Of a stretch of 64,000 nt of DNA, positions 38,991-49,954 are shown piece by piece. The stretch is from Candidatus Eiseniibacteriota bacterium (lineage in GTDB: Bacteria; Eisenbacteria; RBG-16-71-46): contig JBGAOA010000004.1 of NCBI GenBank assembly GCA_044222065.1, positions 36,363 to 100,362 on the forward strand. The letters are read 5' to 3'. The translations under genes and the position numbers were made by a program. A model generated the notes under the pieces. It ran no database searches, was not told the origin of the DNA, and was given only the letters and a program-made list of their open reading frames with translations. The first letter of the stretch is position 1; each line of letters opens with the position of its first letter.

Positions 38991-39087
38991 CGTCGAGGTC
39001 TCCCGGCGCGTGCCGTGGCGGAGCCGAAACGCCGAGCCCGGCGAAGTGCCGGGCTCGGTGAGGATCGGCGCGGGGCGTCCGCGCCGC

Positions 39088-40002
39088 TCAGCCGACCGTG
39101 GCCTTCTGCCCCGTCTGCCATTCGCGGTAGATCGCTTCGACGTCGTTCACGAACGACGTGTGGCGCGGCACCCAGCCGAGTTCGCGGCGCGCCTTGCCCG
39201 CGTTCGGTCGCTGGCTCACGAGCAGCGCTTCGCCGTAGTGGCCGAGCGCAGCGACGATTTCCTCGCGCGGCCACGGCTTCGCCGTCGCGCCGGTGACGCG
39301 CGCGATCGCGGCCGCGATGTCCTTCACCGTGTGCGCCGAATCGTCCGACAGGATGTAGCGCTCGCCGCCCTTGCCGTGTTCGAGCGCGAGCGCGTAGCCC
39401 TCGGCGACGTCCTCGACGTGCACCATGCCCCACACCTGCGAGCCATCGCCCGCGTACGTCACGGTGCCGTGCTGCTTCGCCTCGGCGAACATCGCGCCGA
39501 GGATGCCGCGCGATCCGCCGTACACGATGGACGGGCGCAGCACGACGGTCGAGACCTCGAACTCGGCGAGGTCGAGCGCCACGTCTTCGTGGGCCGCGCG
39601 CCACTTCACGAGTTCGATCGGCTGGAGCGCCGCGGTCTCGTCCACCGGCGCGCCGTGCGTGTCGCCGTGCACCCACAGTCCGCTCGTGTAGAGCAGCCGG
39701 CGCACGCGGCCGTCCTGCGCGCCCGCGCGGATCGTCTCGAGCGCGAGCTGGTCGGCGCCGGGCGTGTCGCCGCCGTCCACCGCGGCGTGCACGACCGCGT
39801 CGCAGTTCTTGAGGTCGCCGAGCACGATGTCGGAAGAGTGAAGGTCGCCGACGAAGGCGCGCGCGCCGAGTGCGCGCACGATCGCCGCGCCCTCTTCGGT
39901 GCGCGTCAGGCCGTGGACTTCGTGTCCGGCCCGGACGAGGCGCGCGGTGATCGCCGCGCCGAGATAGCCGGTCGCTCCGGTGATGAAGATGCGCTGAGGC
40001 AT
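39088..40002 (-). CDS. NAD-dependent epimerase/dehydratase family (atypical SDR)
   Basis: ITGATGYLG, YTSG, RPSIVYG, VHVEDVA. Confidence 0.9.
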   Translation of the reverse strand: MPQRIFITGATGYLGAAITARLVRAGHEVHGLTRTEEGAAIVRALGARAFVGDLHSSDIVLGDLKNCDAVVHAAVDGGDTPGADQLALETIRAGAQDGRVRRLLYTSGLWVHGDTHGAPVDETAALQPIELVKWRAAHEDVALDLAEFEVSTVVLRPSIVYGGSRGILGAMFAEAKQHGTVTYAGDGSQVWGMVHVEDVAEGYALALEHGKGGERYILSDDSAHTVKDIAAAIARVTGATAKPWPREEIVAALGHYGEALLVSQRPNAGKARRELGWVPRHTSFVNDVEAIYREWQTGQKATVG

Positions 40003-40118
40003 TCGGGCTCTCCGTCGCGAGGGGAGGTGGCGAGCGAGTGGTCGCGGCCCTCGTTCGCGGGATTAGATAGCACGGCGGCGCGCGGGGTGCGAACCGCGCC
40101 GCGCCGGCGTGCGGGGGC

Positions 40119-40535
40119 TCAGGCGCGGCGCGGGCGCAGGGGGGCGCGTTCGCTCGCCGAGGCGGCGCCGGCGAGCCATGCGTCCGCCTCGGCGCGGTCG
40201 CGGAACACGCGGACGGACCGGAACTGGGACTCGGCGAACACCGCGAACATGCGCACGAGCCCGAACATCGCGTTGCGGGTCGCGACGATCGCGCAGTGCC
40301 GGAGCGGCGTCTTCGGCTTGAGCCGCTGGATCAAGCCGACGACTTCGTGCAATTCGGTGATCTTGGGGAGCGTTCCGAGCTCGCTCATGTCGAGCAGCAC
40401 GTCGGGCTCGCGCGGCAGGGCCGGGTCGCGCTCGAGCGACTCGAAGTGACCGACGACGTCGGCGAACGTGCAGTCGCCGAAGCAGCGGGTGCGGATGAGG
40501 GCGCGCGAGGCGTCGATCTCGTAGGCGACGGGCAC
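40119..40535 (-). CDS. Hypothetical protein (SpoIIAA/STAS-SEC14-like)
   Basis: LLDMS...AIVA...FGLVRMF...VFRDRAEADAWL pattern. Confidence 0.65.
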   Translation of the reverse strand: MPVAYEIDASRALIRTRCFGDCTFADVVGHFESLERDPALPREPDVLLDMSELGTLPKITELHEVVGLIQRLKPKTPLRHCAIVATRNAMFGLVRMFAVFAESQFRSVRVFRDRAEADAWLAGAASASERAPLRPRRA

Positions 40536-40562
40536 GGAGGTCTTTCGGCGCGGAGGGCCGGG

Positions 40563-40928
40563 TCAGGCCCCGCGATACGTACAGCGCGCGGTGCAGGTCT
40601 CGTGGACGGTGATCTCGGAGAGCCGCGGGAGCATCGGCGCGAGCCGGCGCCACAGCCACACGCACAAGATCTCGGACGTCGGGTTCTCGAGGCCCGCGAC
40701 GTCGTTGAGCGTGCGGTGGTCGAGTTCGCCCTTGAGCAGCGGCTCGACGACGGCGGTGATGTCGCCGAAGTCCTGGAGCCAGCCGAGCGCCGGGTCGATC
40801 TCGCCCGCGATGCACACTTCGACGCGGTACGAGTGGCCGTGGAGCCGCGCGCACTTGTGCTCGGGCGGCACCATCGGCAGCCGGTGCGCCGCTTCGAAGC
40901 GGTATTCCTTGCGGAGTTCGACGTGCAT
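40563..40928 (-). CDS. queD: 6-carboxy-5,6,7,8-tetrahydropterin synthase
   Basis: FEAAHRL, CARLHGHSY, LDHRTLN, ENPTSE. Confidence 0.95.
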   Translation of the reverse strand: MHVELRKEYRFEAAHRLPMVPPEHKCARLHGHSYRVEVCIAGEIDPALGWLQDFGDITAVVEPLLKGELDHRTLNDVAGLENPTSEILCVWLWRRLAPMLPRLSEITVHETCTARCTYRGA

Positions 40929-40984
40929 GTCCGGTTCGTTGGAGGTGTCGTTCGCGGCGCGGCGACGCGCGTGCCGCCGCGTCG

Positions 40985-41680
40985 TCAGGGCGCCGCCGCG
41001 CGGGCGTAGCGCGTGGGATCCGAGACGCCGGCCTCGCGGAAGCCCTTCTTCCGGAGCAGGCAGGAGTCGCAGTGGCCGCAGGCGCCGCCGTCCGCGGCGG
41101 GATCGTAGCACGAGTGCGTGAGCGCGTAGTCCACGCCGAGCGAGGTTCCGAGCCGGATGATGCCGGCCTTGTCGAGCGTCATGAGCGGCGTGTGGACCGT
41201 GAAGCGCGCGCCGCCGTCGCCCGCGCGCGTCGCGAGGTTCGCGAGCGATTCGAACGCGCGCACGAACTCGGGACGGCAGTCGGGATAGCCCGAGTAGTCC
41301 ACGGCGTTCATGCCGGCGACGAGGTCGCTCGCGCCGAGCGTCTCGGCGAGGCCGAGCGCGATCGCGAGGAAGACCGTGTTGCGCGCCGGCACGTACGTGA
41401 CCGGGATGCCGCGTCCCATCGCGGCCTCGTCGCGGTCCTTCGGCACCTCGATCGCGTCGGTGAGCGCCGAGCCGCCGATCGCGCGCAGGTCCACGCGCAC
41501 GCAGCGGTGGCGCGCGGCGCCGAGTGAGTCCGCGACGCGCTCGGCGGCGGCGAGCTCGTGCGCGTGCCGCTGGCCGTAGTCGAACGCGAGCGTGTGGCAC
41601 TCGAAGCCGCGGCCGCGCGCCCACGCGAGGCACGTCGCGGAATCGAGCCCGCCCGAAAGCAGAACGACGGCGCGGTTCAC
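40985..41680 (-). CDS. queC: 7-cyano-7-deazaguanine synthase
   Basis: [30 protein letters not shown]. Confidence 0.96.
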   Translation of the reverse strand: MNRAVVLLSGGLDSATCLAWARGRGFECHTLAFDYGQRHAHELAAAERVADSLGAARHRCVRVDLRAIGGSALTDAIEVPKDRDEAAMGRGIPVTYVPARNTVFLAIALGLAETLGASDLVAGMNAVDYSGYPDCRPEFVRAFESLANLATRAGDGGARFTVHTPLMTLDKAGIIRLGTSLGVDYALTHSCYDPAADGGACGHCDSCLLRKKGFREAGVSDPTRYARAAAP

Positions 41681-42348
41681 ACGCCCCTCCGCGCGCCCCA
41701 CATCCAGACGTGCAGGCGCGGCCCGAGCCGCACGCCGAGCCGCTGGCAGGCGGGCGCGAGGACGCGCGCGCGCGCCTTGAGCGCTTCGTCGGTCAGCCCC
41801 TCGGGCATGAGCAGCGTGCGCGCCGGCGGGACCGCGTGACGCGCGAGCAGGCGCTCGGCGTCGGCGAGGTCGGGATCGTCGCCGACCACGACCTTGAAGA
41901 CGGCGTTCGGCTCGGCGATCCACGCCGCGGCGTGCCGCCAGGTCTCGTCCGCGCGCGGCGTCGCCGACGGCAGCTTGGGCGAGACGTTCCAGTGGAGCCG
42001 CGCGTGCGAGAGCGGCGGCGGCAGCACGCCGCTCGTCTCGACTTCGACGCGCGGCCAGCGTTCGAGTGCGGCGGCGAGCAGCGCGCCGATGCCGGCGTGT
42101 TCGAGCGGCTCGCCACCCGTCACGACGACGAGCGGTGCGCGGCCGAGCGCTTCGGCGCGCGCGAACGCCGCGTCGAGTCCGAGCGCTTCGCCGCCCGCGG
42201 CGTCCCACGTGTAGCGCGAGTCGCACCACCGGCAGCCGACCGTGCAGCCCTGCACGCGCACGAAGTGCGCGGGCGTTCCGGCGGACGGGCCCTCGCCCTG
42301 CACGGAGAAGAAGATCTCGCTGATGCGGTACGGCGGCGCCGACGTCAC
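41677..42348 (-). CDS. queE: 7-carboxy-7-deazaguanine synthase (radical SAM)
   Basis: [28 protein letters not shown]. Adjacent to queC. Confidence 0.93.
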   Translation of the reverse strand: MTSAPPYRISEIFFSVQGEGPSAGTPAHFVRVQGCTVGCRWCDSRYTWDAAGGEALGLDAAFARAEALGRAPLVVVTGGEPLEHAGIGALLAAALERWPRVEVETSGVLPPPLSHARLHWNVSPKLPSATPRADETWRHAAAWIAEPNAVFKVVVGDDPDLADAERLLARHAVPPARTLLMPEGLTDEALKARARVLAPACQRLGVRLGPRLHVWMWGARRGV

Positions 42349-43118
42349 GGAGCGTCGAACTCTCCGGGCCGGAATTCGCGCACGGTTTCGATCGCGTTCG
42401 TGAACACGTTCACGCGGTCGCGCTTGTGGGCGGTCGGGAACCACAGCCCGTCGTGCTCTTCCCAGCCTTCCCACGTGTACGCGACGGGCGGCGGCGAATC
42501 GCCCTGCAGCACCATGCGCCAGCCTTGGACGCGGTGCGTCTTGCGATCCACGTCCACCCAGTAGTGGTCGCCCGGCGTCTCGCCGACCTGCTCGAAGCTC
42601 AGCGCGAGCACGTCACAGCGGCCGCTCGAGTCGCGGCCCGCGCTCTCGAGCGTCACGCCCGGGTCGCGCAGCTTGTACGGCATGAGCATCCAGTACGTGT
42701 CGTTGATCCACAGCGAGGTCGCGCGCGCGATCAGCTTCTGGAGCGAGTCGCCCTCGATCGCGACGCCGTTCATCCACGCCTTGCCCTGTTTCGTGTTCAG
42801 GTTGTGGAGGATCACGAACGCGTCGCCCGCGCGCGTCTTGCCCTCGACGCGGTGCCAGCCCGTGTGCTTGTTCCACGCGTGGCGGCGCGAGCTGCGCACG
42901 GTGTCGCCGACCGACGAGCCGAACGACCAGCGCAGTCCGGGCAGCGCGTCCCAGCGCTCGCGCCCGCCGAGCGAACGCATCACGGCGTCGGCGAGCTTCA
43001 CGGCCGCCGGGTCCGAGGGCTTCGCCGCCGCGCGCGACGCCGCGGGCGCGAAGCCGAGGCAGAGAACGAGCGTCGCGAGGGCGAGCGCGGCGCCGGAGCG
43101 AGTCGGTCGCCGGGTCAT
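42345..43118 (-). CDS. Hypothetical secreted protein
   Basis: Signal peptide. [36 protein letters not shown] conserved-looking blocks. Confidence 0.75.
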   Translation of the reverse strand: MTRRPTRSGAALALATLVLCLGFAPAASRAAAKPSDPAAVKLADAVMRSLGGRERWDALPGLRWSFGSSVGDTVRSSRRHAWNKHTGWHRVEGKTRAGDAFVILHNLNTKQGKAWMNGVAIEGDSLQKLIARATSLWINDTYWMLMPYKLRDPGVTLESAGRDSSGRCDVLALSFEQVGETPGDHYWVDVDRKTHRVQGWRMVLQGDSPPPVAYTWEGWEEHDGLWFPTAHKRDRVNVFTNAIETVREFRPGEFDAP

Positions 43119-43125
43119 GCGCGCC

Positions 43126-43302
43126 TCAGTGCCCGCCGCCGGGCGGGCGAAGGTCGAATTCCTTGTGGCAGTTGAAGCACTTCCAGTGGAACGTCGGGGC
43201 GCCGGCCGGCCACGACACCCAGTCGTTGCGGCCGCAGCCGGGGCACGAGATGCGCGTGCGCGGAGCGGCGCCGGCGTTCGCGGGCGAGGTCGATTCGGAC
43301 AT
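43126..43302 (-). CDS. Small zinc-ribbon protein (58 aa; not in the ORF track)
   Basis: MSESTSPANAGAAPRTRISCPGCGRNDWVSWPAGAPTFHWKCFNCHKEFDLRPPGGGH*. GGAG RBS. Two CxxC motifs. Confidence 0.75.
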   Translation of the reverse strand: MSESTSPANAGAAPRTRISCPGCGRNDWVSWPAGAPTFHWKCFNCHKEFDLRPPGGGH

Positions 43303-43393
43303 GCGGGACTCCGGGAATTGAGGTGCGCGGAACGAACGCGGCGCAGTATAGCGGCTCGATCCCCGGGGTGCGCGGGGGTGCGAGCGCAGCGCC

Positions 43394-43741
43394 TCAGGCG
43401 CCGCCGAGGATCTCGGGCAGCCGGGTCGAGAACGCCGAGCGCGGCATCACCTCGTCGGTTCCGGCGCGGCGCGCGCGCTCGCGCAGTTCCAGGTCCACGT
43501 GCGAGTGGAACCCGATGATGCGGATCCCGCGGGTCTCGTCGTTGGCCTTGAGCACGCGCACGACTTCGAGCGGATCGCCGTCGCCGTGCAGGTCCACGAG
43601 CAGCAGGTCCGGCGGTTCGTTGCGGCACGCCGTGATCGCGCGGTTCGGCCGCAGCTCCTCGACGACGACGCCGAGCTGCGACGCGACCGCTCCGATCCGG
43701 GACATGAAGAAGAGGTCGGGGACGAGGGCGTAGACGCGCAT
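43394..43741 (-). CDS. Atypical single-domain receiver (REC-like) protein
   Basis: PDLFF, PPDLLLVDL, IIGFHSHVD, AG-D-V-PRS. The conserved Lys is replaced by Arg. Confidence 0.7.
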   Translation of the reverse strand: MRVYALVPDLFFMSRIGAVASQLGVVVEELRPNRAITACRNEPPDLLLVDLHGDGDPLEVVRVLKANDETRGIRIIGFHSHVDLELRERARRAGTDEVMPRSAFSTRLPEILGGA

Positions 43742-43863
43742 GAGGGATGCCGCGAGCGGGGGTGGGCCCGAACGCGAAGGCGGGAGACTAAGAGCAGGCC
43801 TGCTCGAATGCCAGTGATTCCGGCATCTCGGACGCGTGCGCGCTCGCGCGCGGTGTCCCCTGT

Positions 43864-45065
43864 TCAGCCACGCGCGCCCTCTTCCTTGAGCGTCTCGGGT
43901 TCGATCCCGCGCACGGCCGGCAGGCGCAGCGCCGCACGAAATCCGACGAGGCTCAGGCCCCCGCACAGCGCGAACACGACGGCGGGACCGAATGCGTCCA
44001 CGAGCGCCCCGCCCGCGAGCGGCAGCAGCGTCGCGACGCCGAGGAACGTGTTCATGAGGCTCACGAACGTCTGCCGCCGGTTCACGGGAGCGAGTTCGAT
44101 CACGAGGCTGCCGTACGCGACGAGCATGCCGCTGTGCGCGACGCCGCCGAAGAACGCGATGCCTTCGAGCAGCGGAATGGCGGCCGACGGCGGCAGCGCG
44201 CTCGTCGCGAACCCGAACGCCTCGGCGCCGTGGGCGAACAGCGCGACGAGGCTCGCGAGGATCGCGACGCACGCTCCGGTGAAGGTCGCGACGCGCATCA
44301 CGGCGCCGTTGCCGCGCTTCGCAGAGAGTCGCGTCCACACGAGGTTCGCGAGCACGAAGCCCGCCGCACGCCTTCGCGCAGCACCGCGAGCGGATGCTCG
44401 GCCGACGGCGCGGGCGGCAGGTCGGGTTCCTGGATGCTGCCGAAGAGCGCGTAGGCGACCGACACGATGACGGCGGCGAGCGCGAACAGCAGGCCGAAGC
44501 GCAGCGCGAAGTCCGGGAGCTTGAGGATCTCGCGCACGACGAGGCCGACGAGCGCCGTGAGCGTTCCGCCCCAGAAGAGCCGCGCCGAGAAGTACGCCCC
44601 GAGCTTGCGGCGCGGCACGGTGCGGCCGACGACCTCCATGAACGGCAGCGCGCCGACGCCGGCCCCGAAGCAGTAGACGCCGTAGCACGCGAAGAACGCG
44701 GCGAGCAGCGCGCCCGGGCGGTCGCGCAGCACCCAGATGAGCGCCGCGAACGCCACGAGCGCCGCGCCGCGCACCACGGCCGCGCGGCGATAGAGCGGCA
44801 GCACGCGGCGCTGCTTCGTGACGTACGGCGTGAGCAGGAACTGCGGGCTCAGCCAGCCGATGTCGCCGAGCGCCGTCGCGAGCCCGATCAGGGCGCTCGA
44901 ACTCGTGAGCCCCGAGAGGAACACGGGGATCACGGTGCCCGCGTCCATGAAGCCCTCGCCCGACTGGTAGAGCGCGCCGTTCGCGACGCCGAGACGGTAG
45001 TTGCGCTTCGCGATCCGCGCCGGGTCGTCGGCGTCCGCCGGGGCCGCCCCGCGCGCGCCGCTCAT
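43864..45065 (-). CDS. MFS transporter; frameshift/internal deletion near 44365
   Basis: N-half TMs in ORF 44298..45635, C-half TMs in ORF 43864..44688. The junction LREGVRR/AAGFVLANL appears to lack about one helix pair. Confidence 0.75.
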
Positions 45066-45760
45066 CGGCGCTTCCGCGCGAGGCCGAGGTACGTGACGCG
45101 CGTGCTGCGCGTGAGCACGGGCGCCGGCCGCCACGCGATACCGGACTGGGCGACGACGCGAGCGCCGCGGCGGCGGAGCTTCGCCGCGAGTTCGTCCGGG
45201 CGGATGAAGCGATGGAAGTCGTGCCGGCCGCGCGCCGTGCGGCGCTCGACGTACTCCCACCGCCAGACGATGCGCTCGAACGCCTCGAGCGTGGCGTTGT
45301 GCGTGAGGTAGCCGAACGAGCCGCCCGGCGCGAGTGCGCCGAGGCAGGCGTCGAGCGTGGCGTCGAGGTCGTTCACGTGTTCGAGCACGTCCACCGCGAA
45401 GACGACGTCGAAGCGAGCGCGCGCGCGGAAGGTCTCGGCGAAGCCGACGCGGTAGTCGATCGCGAGGGCGAGTTCGCGCGCGTGCGCGCGCGCGACGCGG
45501 ATCGTCTCCGCCGATGGATCGAGCGCCACGACGCGCGCGCCGGCGCGCGCGAGGTCCTCGGCGAGGATGCCGCCGCCGCAGCCGACGTCGAGCACGCGCA
45601 GGCCTTCGAGGGGCGGCAGCCGGCGCCGGAACCACGGGAAGCGGATGCGCTCGAGGCGCTGGAGACCGCTGTCGGGCCGGTACCAGTGCCCGGGGTCGTC
45701 GCGCGACAGCTCGTCGTACTTCGCGTGTTCGGGCAGGTGGCGCTGGTCGCGTTGCGGCAT
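45062..45760 (-). CDS. SAM-dependent methyltransferase, UbiG-like
   Basis: VLDVGCGGGILAE, FDVV...VLEHV, H-F-RFIRPDEL. Confidence 0.85.
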   Translation of the reverse strand: MPQRDQRHLPEHAKYDELSRDDPGHWYRPDSGLQRLERIRFPWFRRRLPPLEGLRVLDVGCGGGILAEDLARAGARVVALDPSAETIRVARAHARELALAIDYRVGFAETFRARARFDVVFAVDVLEHVNDLDATLDACLGALAPGGSFGYLTHNATLEAFERIVWRWEYVERRTARGRHDFHRFIRPDELAAKLRRRGARVVAQSGIAWRPAPVLTRSTRVTYLGLARKRR

Positions 45761-45863
45761 GGGTCGCGCAGTCTATCGGGCCGCGTTGCGTGCGTCGACG
45801 CGTGGCGCAAACGAATCGCCCGGCGCCGGAAGCGTCGGCGCCGGGCGATCGATGTACGGACGA

Positions 45864-46607
45864 CTAGCGGTAGAGCGACTTCAGCTTGCCCCAGGTCGCG
45901 CGCGTCGCGGCAGTCGACGGCGGCGAATCCCACTTGCCGTTCGGATGAGCGCTGTAACCCGTCGGCGTGCAGCCGCCGACGCGAACGCACCAGTTCCCGC
46001 TGAAGTTGGCTTCGGCGTTGCCCATCGCGGCGAACAGCGTGCCGCCCGTGAAGTGATAGCGGGCGACGAACGAGCCGTTGGGCTGGAGCGAGCCGGTCTG
46101 CGACACCGACGTGGTGAAGCCGCAGAGCTGGCCCGTGAGGAGCGCCGTGCCGTCCTGGAAGTAGCCCGGGACCGCCGGGCCGCCCGGCAGCGGCATCGCG
46201 CCCGCGAGCGGGGCGTTCTCCGGCGAACCTTCGTAGATCGCGAAGGCGCCGCCGTTGTAGTTGGTCGTGTAGAACGTCGTCGGACCGGACGGCGTCGCAA
46301 CCGTGCCCACCGACACGAGCCCCGAGATCACGAACGTGTACTCCTTCGTGGGATCGCTGGGCGTGAGGAAGGCGAGCGGCGACTGGAACTGGTCGATGAT
46401 GCCGACGATCGTCAGGTTGCTCCCGGCGGACGAGTTGAAGCCGACCGGGTTGTAGTTCGTCTCGTACGCGAACGCGTTCGCGTCGAAGTTGATCATCGGG
46501 CTGCTCGGGCTGCCGAGCGGGGGGCACTGGGCCGAGGCCGAGGCGGCGAACGCGCCCGCCGTCAGCACGGCCAGGACCGCCGCAACCCCGATCTTGCGCT
46601 TCAGCAT
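45864..46607 (-). CDS. Secreted protein with C-terminal TWGKLKSLYR tail
   Basis: GGAGG RBS. Signal peptide ending ASA. Beta-rich body. Confidence 0.85.
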   Translation of the reverse strand: MLKRKIGVAAVLAVLTAGAFAASASAQCPPLGSPSSPMINFDANAFAYETNYNPVGFNSSAGSNLTIVGIIDQFQSPLAFLTPSDPTKEYTFVISGLVSVGTVATPSGPTTFYTTNYNGGAFAIYEGSPENAPLAGAMPLPGGPAVPGYFQDGTALLTGQLCGFTTSVSQTGSLQPNGSFVARYHFTGGTLFAAMGNAEANFSGNWCVRVGGCTPTGYSAHPNGKWDSPPSTAATRATWGKLKSLYR

Positions 46608-46656
46608 GAGGACCTCCATGGCGTCACGGTCGCGAGGACCGCGTCAGGGTTGTGGG

Positions 46657-47361
46657 TCAGCGGTAGAGCGCCTTCACGGCACCCCAGGTCTTGTGCGTCG
46701 TCGGCGTCTTGCCCGGGATGCGGCACTCGCCTTCGACCTGGTGGTCGTAGCCGGCGGGAATGGACGGATTGGGACCCGCGATGCCGCCGAGGATCCAGCC
46801 CGCGCGCTGACCGACCGGCACGTAGATCAGGTCCGGACCTTCGTCGAGCGTCATGTCGCCCGAGAAGTTCCCGGTGCCCGAGCCGAAATCGAACACGAGC
46901 ACGAAGTTGTCGAGGTCCCCGCCGAGCCGCATCGAACCGTCGATGAACGTCGAGGGCGAGGTGGCGTTCGGCGGGTTCACGCCGTAGGTCGCCGCGGTGT
47001 AGCCGCTGCCGCTGTAGTCGTCCGCGTAGTAACGGCCGCGCGCGTTGTTCGCGAACTGCACCGTCAGGAACGGCGACGAGAAGAAGCGCGACTGCACCGA
47101 CGCGTTGAAGACGTGGAACGTGTACTCGAAGCTCCCGAAGTCGATCCACGGCGCGATGATCGGTCCGGCGCTCGTCACCATGCCGACCACCTTGTAGCCC
47201 TCGCCGATGTCCAGGTACGTGCCCGGATTCGTGTCGGGATCTTCGTAGTCGAAGCCCGTGAAGCCGATGAGCAGCACATCGGGGTCGTTCGCGAACACGG
47301 GGCTCGCGAGCGTGAGCGAGGACAGCAGCGCACAAACGAGTAGCAAGGCCTTACGCTTCAT
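46657..47361 (-). CDS. Secreted protein with C-terminal TWGAVKALYR tail (distant paralog of the neighbour)
   Basis: AGGAGG RBS. Signal peptide ending VFA. Shares EYTF, FxDG and P-GY blocks with 45864..46607. Confidence 0.85.
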   Translation of the reverse strand: MKRKALLLVCALLSSLTLASPVFANDPDVLLIGFTGFDYEDPDTNPGTYLDIGEGYKVVGMVTSAGPIIAPWIDFGSFEYTFHVFNASVQSRFFSSPFLTVQFANNARGRYYADDYSGSGYTAATYGVNPPNATSPSTFIDGSMRLGGDLDNFVLVFDFGSGTGNFSGDMTLDEGPDLIYVPVGQRAGWILGGIAGPNPSIPAGYDHQVEGECRIPGKTPTTHKTWGAVKALYR

Positions 47362-47565
47362 CGGCCACCTCCTGGGGGGCTCAGGTGCAGAGCTGGATGC
47401 GAGTCTCGCGGCAGCCTCGCCTGATGCGCCCGTGGCGACCCCCGATCAACACGGCCGGATGATCGGGGAGAAGGGGAAATAGAACACGCCCCGTGGGGTA
47501 CCGGAGCGTCGTTCCTCATGACACGGTTCCTCGACCGCTGCCTACGGTCGATTCGAACGCACGCG

Positions 47566-47594
47566 AGTATCCCCGCGCCCGGAACGCCTTTCAA
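47566..47594 (-). promoter_or_regulatory. Putative sigma70 promoter for the TWG-tail genes
   Basis: TTGAAA-N17-GATACT. Confidence 0.45.
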
Positions 47595-47643
47595 GGCCCA
47601 ATCGCCTTGCCGATCATCGAACTTCGCGTTGCCGGAGAATGGT

Positions 47644-49229
47644 TTAGCCGCGCCTACCGCGCACGAGGACTCGAAGCGTTCCGAACCAGGCGACGAACCC
47701 GATCCCGGCCGCCGCGGCGAGGGCGATGGGGCGGAGCGGCAGGCCGAGTCCCCGGGCGCCCGACCCGAGTTCGACGAGGAGCCAGCTCGTGACCTGGGCC
47801 AGCATGAGCCCTGAAGCCGTGAGCCGGCCGGCGAGGGTGAGCATGCGCCGCGGGTTGGTCCACCGGAGGTCTCCGAACGCCGCTCCGGCCCAGAGGCCGA
47901 GCAAGGTCGAGAGCGCGAGGGCGGGAATCGCCCCGCCGAGCGATTCGAGCCAGCCCCGGAGGCCGAGCCGCCCGGCAAACGCGAGGACCACCGACACCGT
48001 GAGGAGCAGCCCCCCCGCGAGCAGCGTGGCCGAGGCGAGCTTGGCCGCGAGCCAGCGCCCGGGCCGGACCGGGGCGAGGCGCGACCACGTGAGCCCCGCG
48101 CGTTCGAACGGGATGCTGCGCGCCGCGATCTCGTAGCCGAGCCCGACCGCGAGCGTGACGAGCATGATGCGCGCGAGTTCGCCGCCGCGCGCGACCAGGA
48201 GCGCGCCGCTCGCGAGCGGGAGCAGCGTCCAGAGCAGCGTGGCGACGACGACGTCGCCGAGCACCGTCCACTCGCGCGTGAAGAGCCGCCGGTCGCGCGC
48301 GAGCGTCGCGCGCACGAGCCCCGCGGGCCCCGCGCCGGGAGGCGCTGCCGGCACGCTCGGCGCCGTGCGCCGGTCGCCGCGCGCGCGTGCCGGCCGGCAG
48401 CGCGCGCGCGAGCGTGCCACGCGAGCGCGGTCGCGGCGAGGAGTGCTGCGCCGCAGGCCGCGGCCGCCGCGACGTCGCCCCGGCCGAGCGCCGCGAACCC
48501 GTTCGCGGTCCACGCGCCGGGCGACCAGGCGATCGCGCCGCGCGCGCGGTCGGGGTACGCGAGCGCCGCCTCGAGCGGGCGCTCGCCCAGGTCGCCGAGG
48601 CGCGGCACGAACAGCACGTTCGCGATCCACACGACCGTGAACGCGAGCGTGCTCAGGAACGCGAGCAGCTCGCGCGCGCGCCGGGCCGGCAGCAGCGCGA
48701 GCAGCGGCGAAGCGGCCGCGACCCCGGTCGCGAGCGACACCGCCCAGAGCAGCAGCAGCGCCGGCGGCACGAGCAGCACCGCGAACGCCGGTTGTCCCGG
48801 CAGGCGCGCGAACACGGCGAGCGCCGGGAGCGCGATCACGAGCAGCGGTCCGAACGTGCGCGGCAGCGCGTCGAGCAGCTTGAGCGCGACGAGCGCTCGC
48901 GGGCGCACGGGCGCGCGGCGCAGCAGCTCGAGGTCGCGGTCGAGCAGCAGCGTGCCGACGGCGCCGTCGAGGTCCGACAGGAGCATCGAGACGAGCGCGC
49001 TCGTCAGCACGAGGCCGAGCGCGGTCGCGAGCGCCGCGGAGCTCGCGCCCGCGGCCACGAGCGTCGCGAACACCGTGCGGAATCCGAACCAGGACAGCGC
49101 CGTCATCACGCCGAGCAGCACGAGCACGAACAGCGATGCGCGTCCGCGGCGCGCGACGCCGGCGCGGCCGCCGGCGAGGGCGTGACGCGCGAGCGCGACG
49201 CGTCCGCGCAGCACGCCGCCGACGTTCAC
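47644..49229 (-). CDS. ABC transporter permease (ABC-2-like); frameshift near 48380-48420
   Basis: Many TM segments. DLELLRRAPV and FERAGLTWSRLAPV motifs. GTGA-coupled to the ATPase. Confidence 0.75.
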
Positions 49230-49954
49230 GCGCCGGCCGTGAGCTCGAGGAACACGTCCTCGAGTGTCGCGTCGCCGCGTGCGCCGCGCAGCTCGGCGAG
49301 CGTTCCCGAAGCGAGCACGCGGCCGCGCTCGAGGATCACGACGCGGTCGCACAGCCGCTCGGCGACGTCGAGCAGGTGCGTCGAGACGAGCACGCCGAGC
49401 CCGCGCGCCGTGCGCTCGCGCAGCAGGTCCTTGAGCGCGCGCGCGCCGCGCGGATCGAGACCGCCGAGCGGCTCGTCGAGCATCAGGAGCGGAGGATCGT
49501 GGAGCAGCGCCGCGATCACGGACACCTTCTGGCGCATGCCGAGCGAGTACGACTCGAGCAGCTGGTTCGCGGCATCGCCGAGTTCGAGCCGCTCGAGCAG
49601 CGCGCGAGCGCGCTCGCGGGCGAGGGGCGCCGGCACCTCGTAGAGCGCGGCGATGAAGTCCAGGAACTCCTCGGCGCTCAACAGTTCGTAGAGGAACGGA
49701 TCGTCGGGCACGAAGCCGAGCCGGGCCCGGGCTTCGAGCGGCCGATCGAGGAGCGGCGCGCCCGCGATCTCGATCGCCCCGGCGGCGGGCCGGAGCAGGC
49801 CCGCGCACGCGCGCAGCGTGCTCGTCTTGCCGGCGCCGTTCGGGCCGAGGAACCCGACGATCTCGCCCGCGCGGACTTCGAGCGACACGCCGTCCACGGC
49901 CGTGAAGGCGCCGTAGCGGCACACGAGATCGCGGACGACGAGCGGGGCGGACAT
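49226..49954 (-). CDS. ABC transporter ATP-binding protein
   Basis: GPNGAGKTS, YSLGMRQK, LDEP, STH. Confidence 0.95.
   Translation of the reverse strand: MSAPLVVRDLVCRYGAFTAVDGVSLEVRAGEIVGFLGPNGAGKTSTLRACAGLLRPAAGAIEIAGAPLLDRPLEARARLGFVPDDPFLYELLSAEEFLDFIAALYEVPAPLARERARALLERLELGDAANQLLESYSLGMRQKVSVIAALLHDPPLLMLDEPLGGLDPRGARALKDLLRERTARGLGVLVSTHLLDVAERLCDRVVILERGRVLASGTLAELRGARGDATLEDVFLELTAGA

Noticed and set aside
40563..42348. queCDE as part of a Dpd or anti-phage DNA modification system
   Set aside because: Canonical-length genes with no dpdA/tgt-like, nuclease or other defence genes nearby. Ordinary preQ0 synthesis is more likely.
43303..43393. preQ1 riboswitch upstream of the que genes
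   Set aside because: No recognisable preQ1 stem or A-rich tail.
47591..47616. Plus-strand sigma28-like match TCAAG-N13-GCCGATCA
   Set aside because: The spacer is short and it points antisense into the permease gene. It overlaps a better minus-strand sigma70 candidate.
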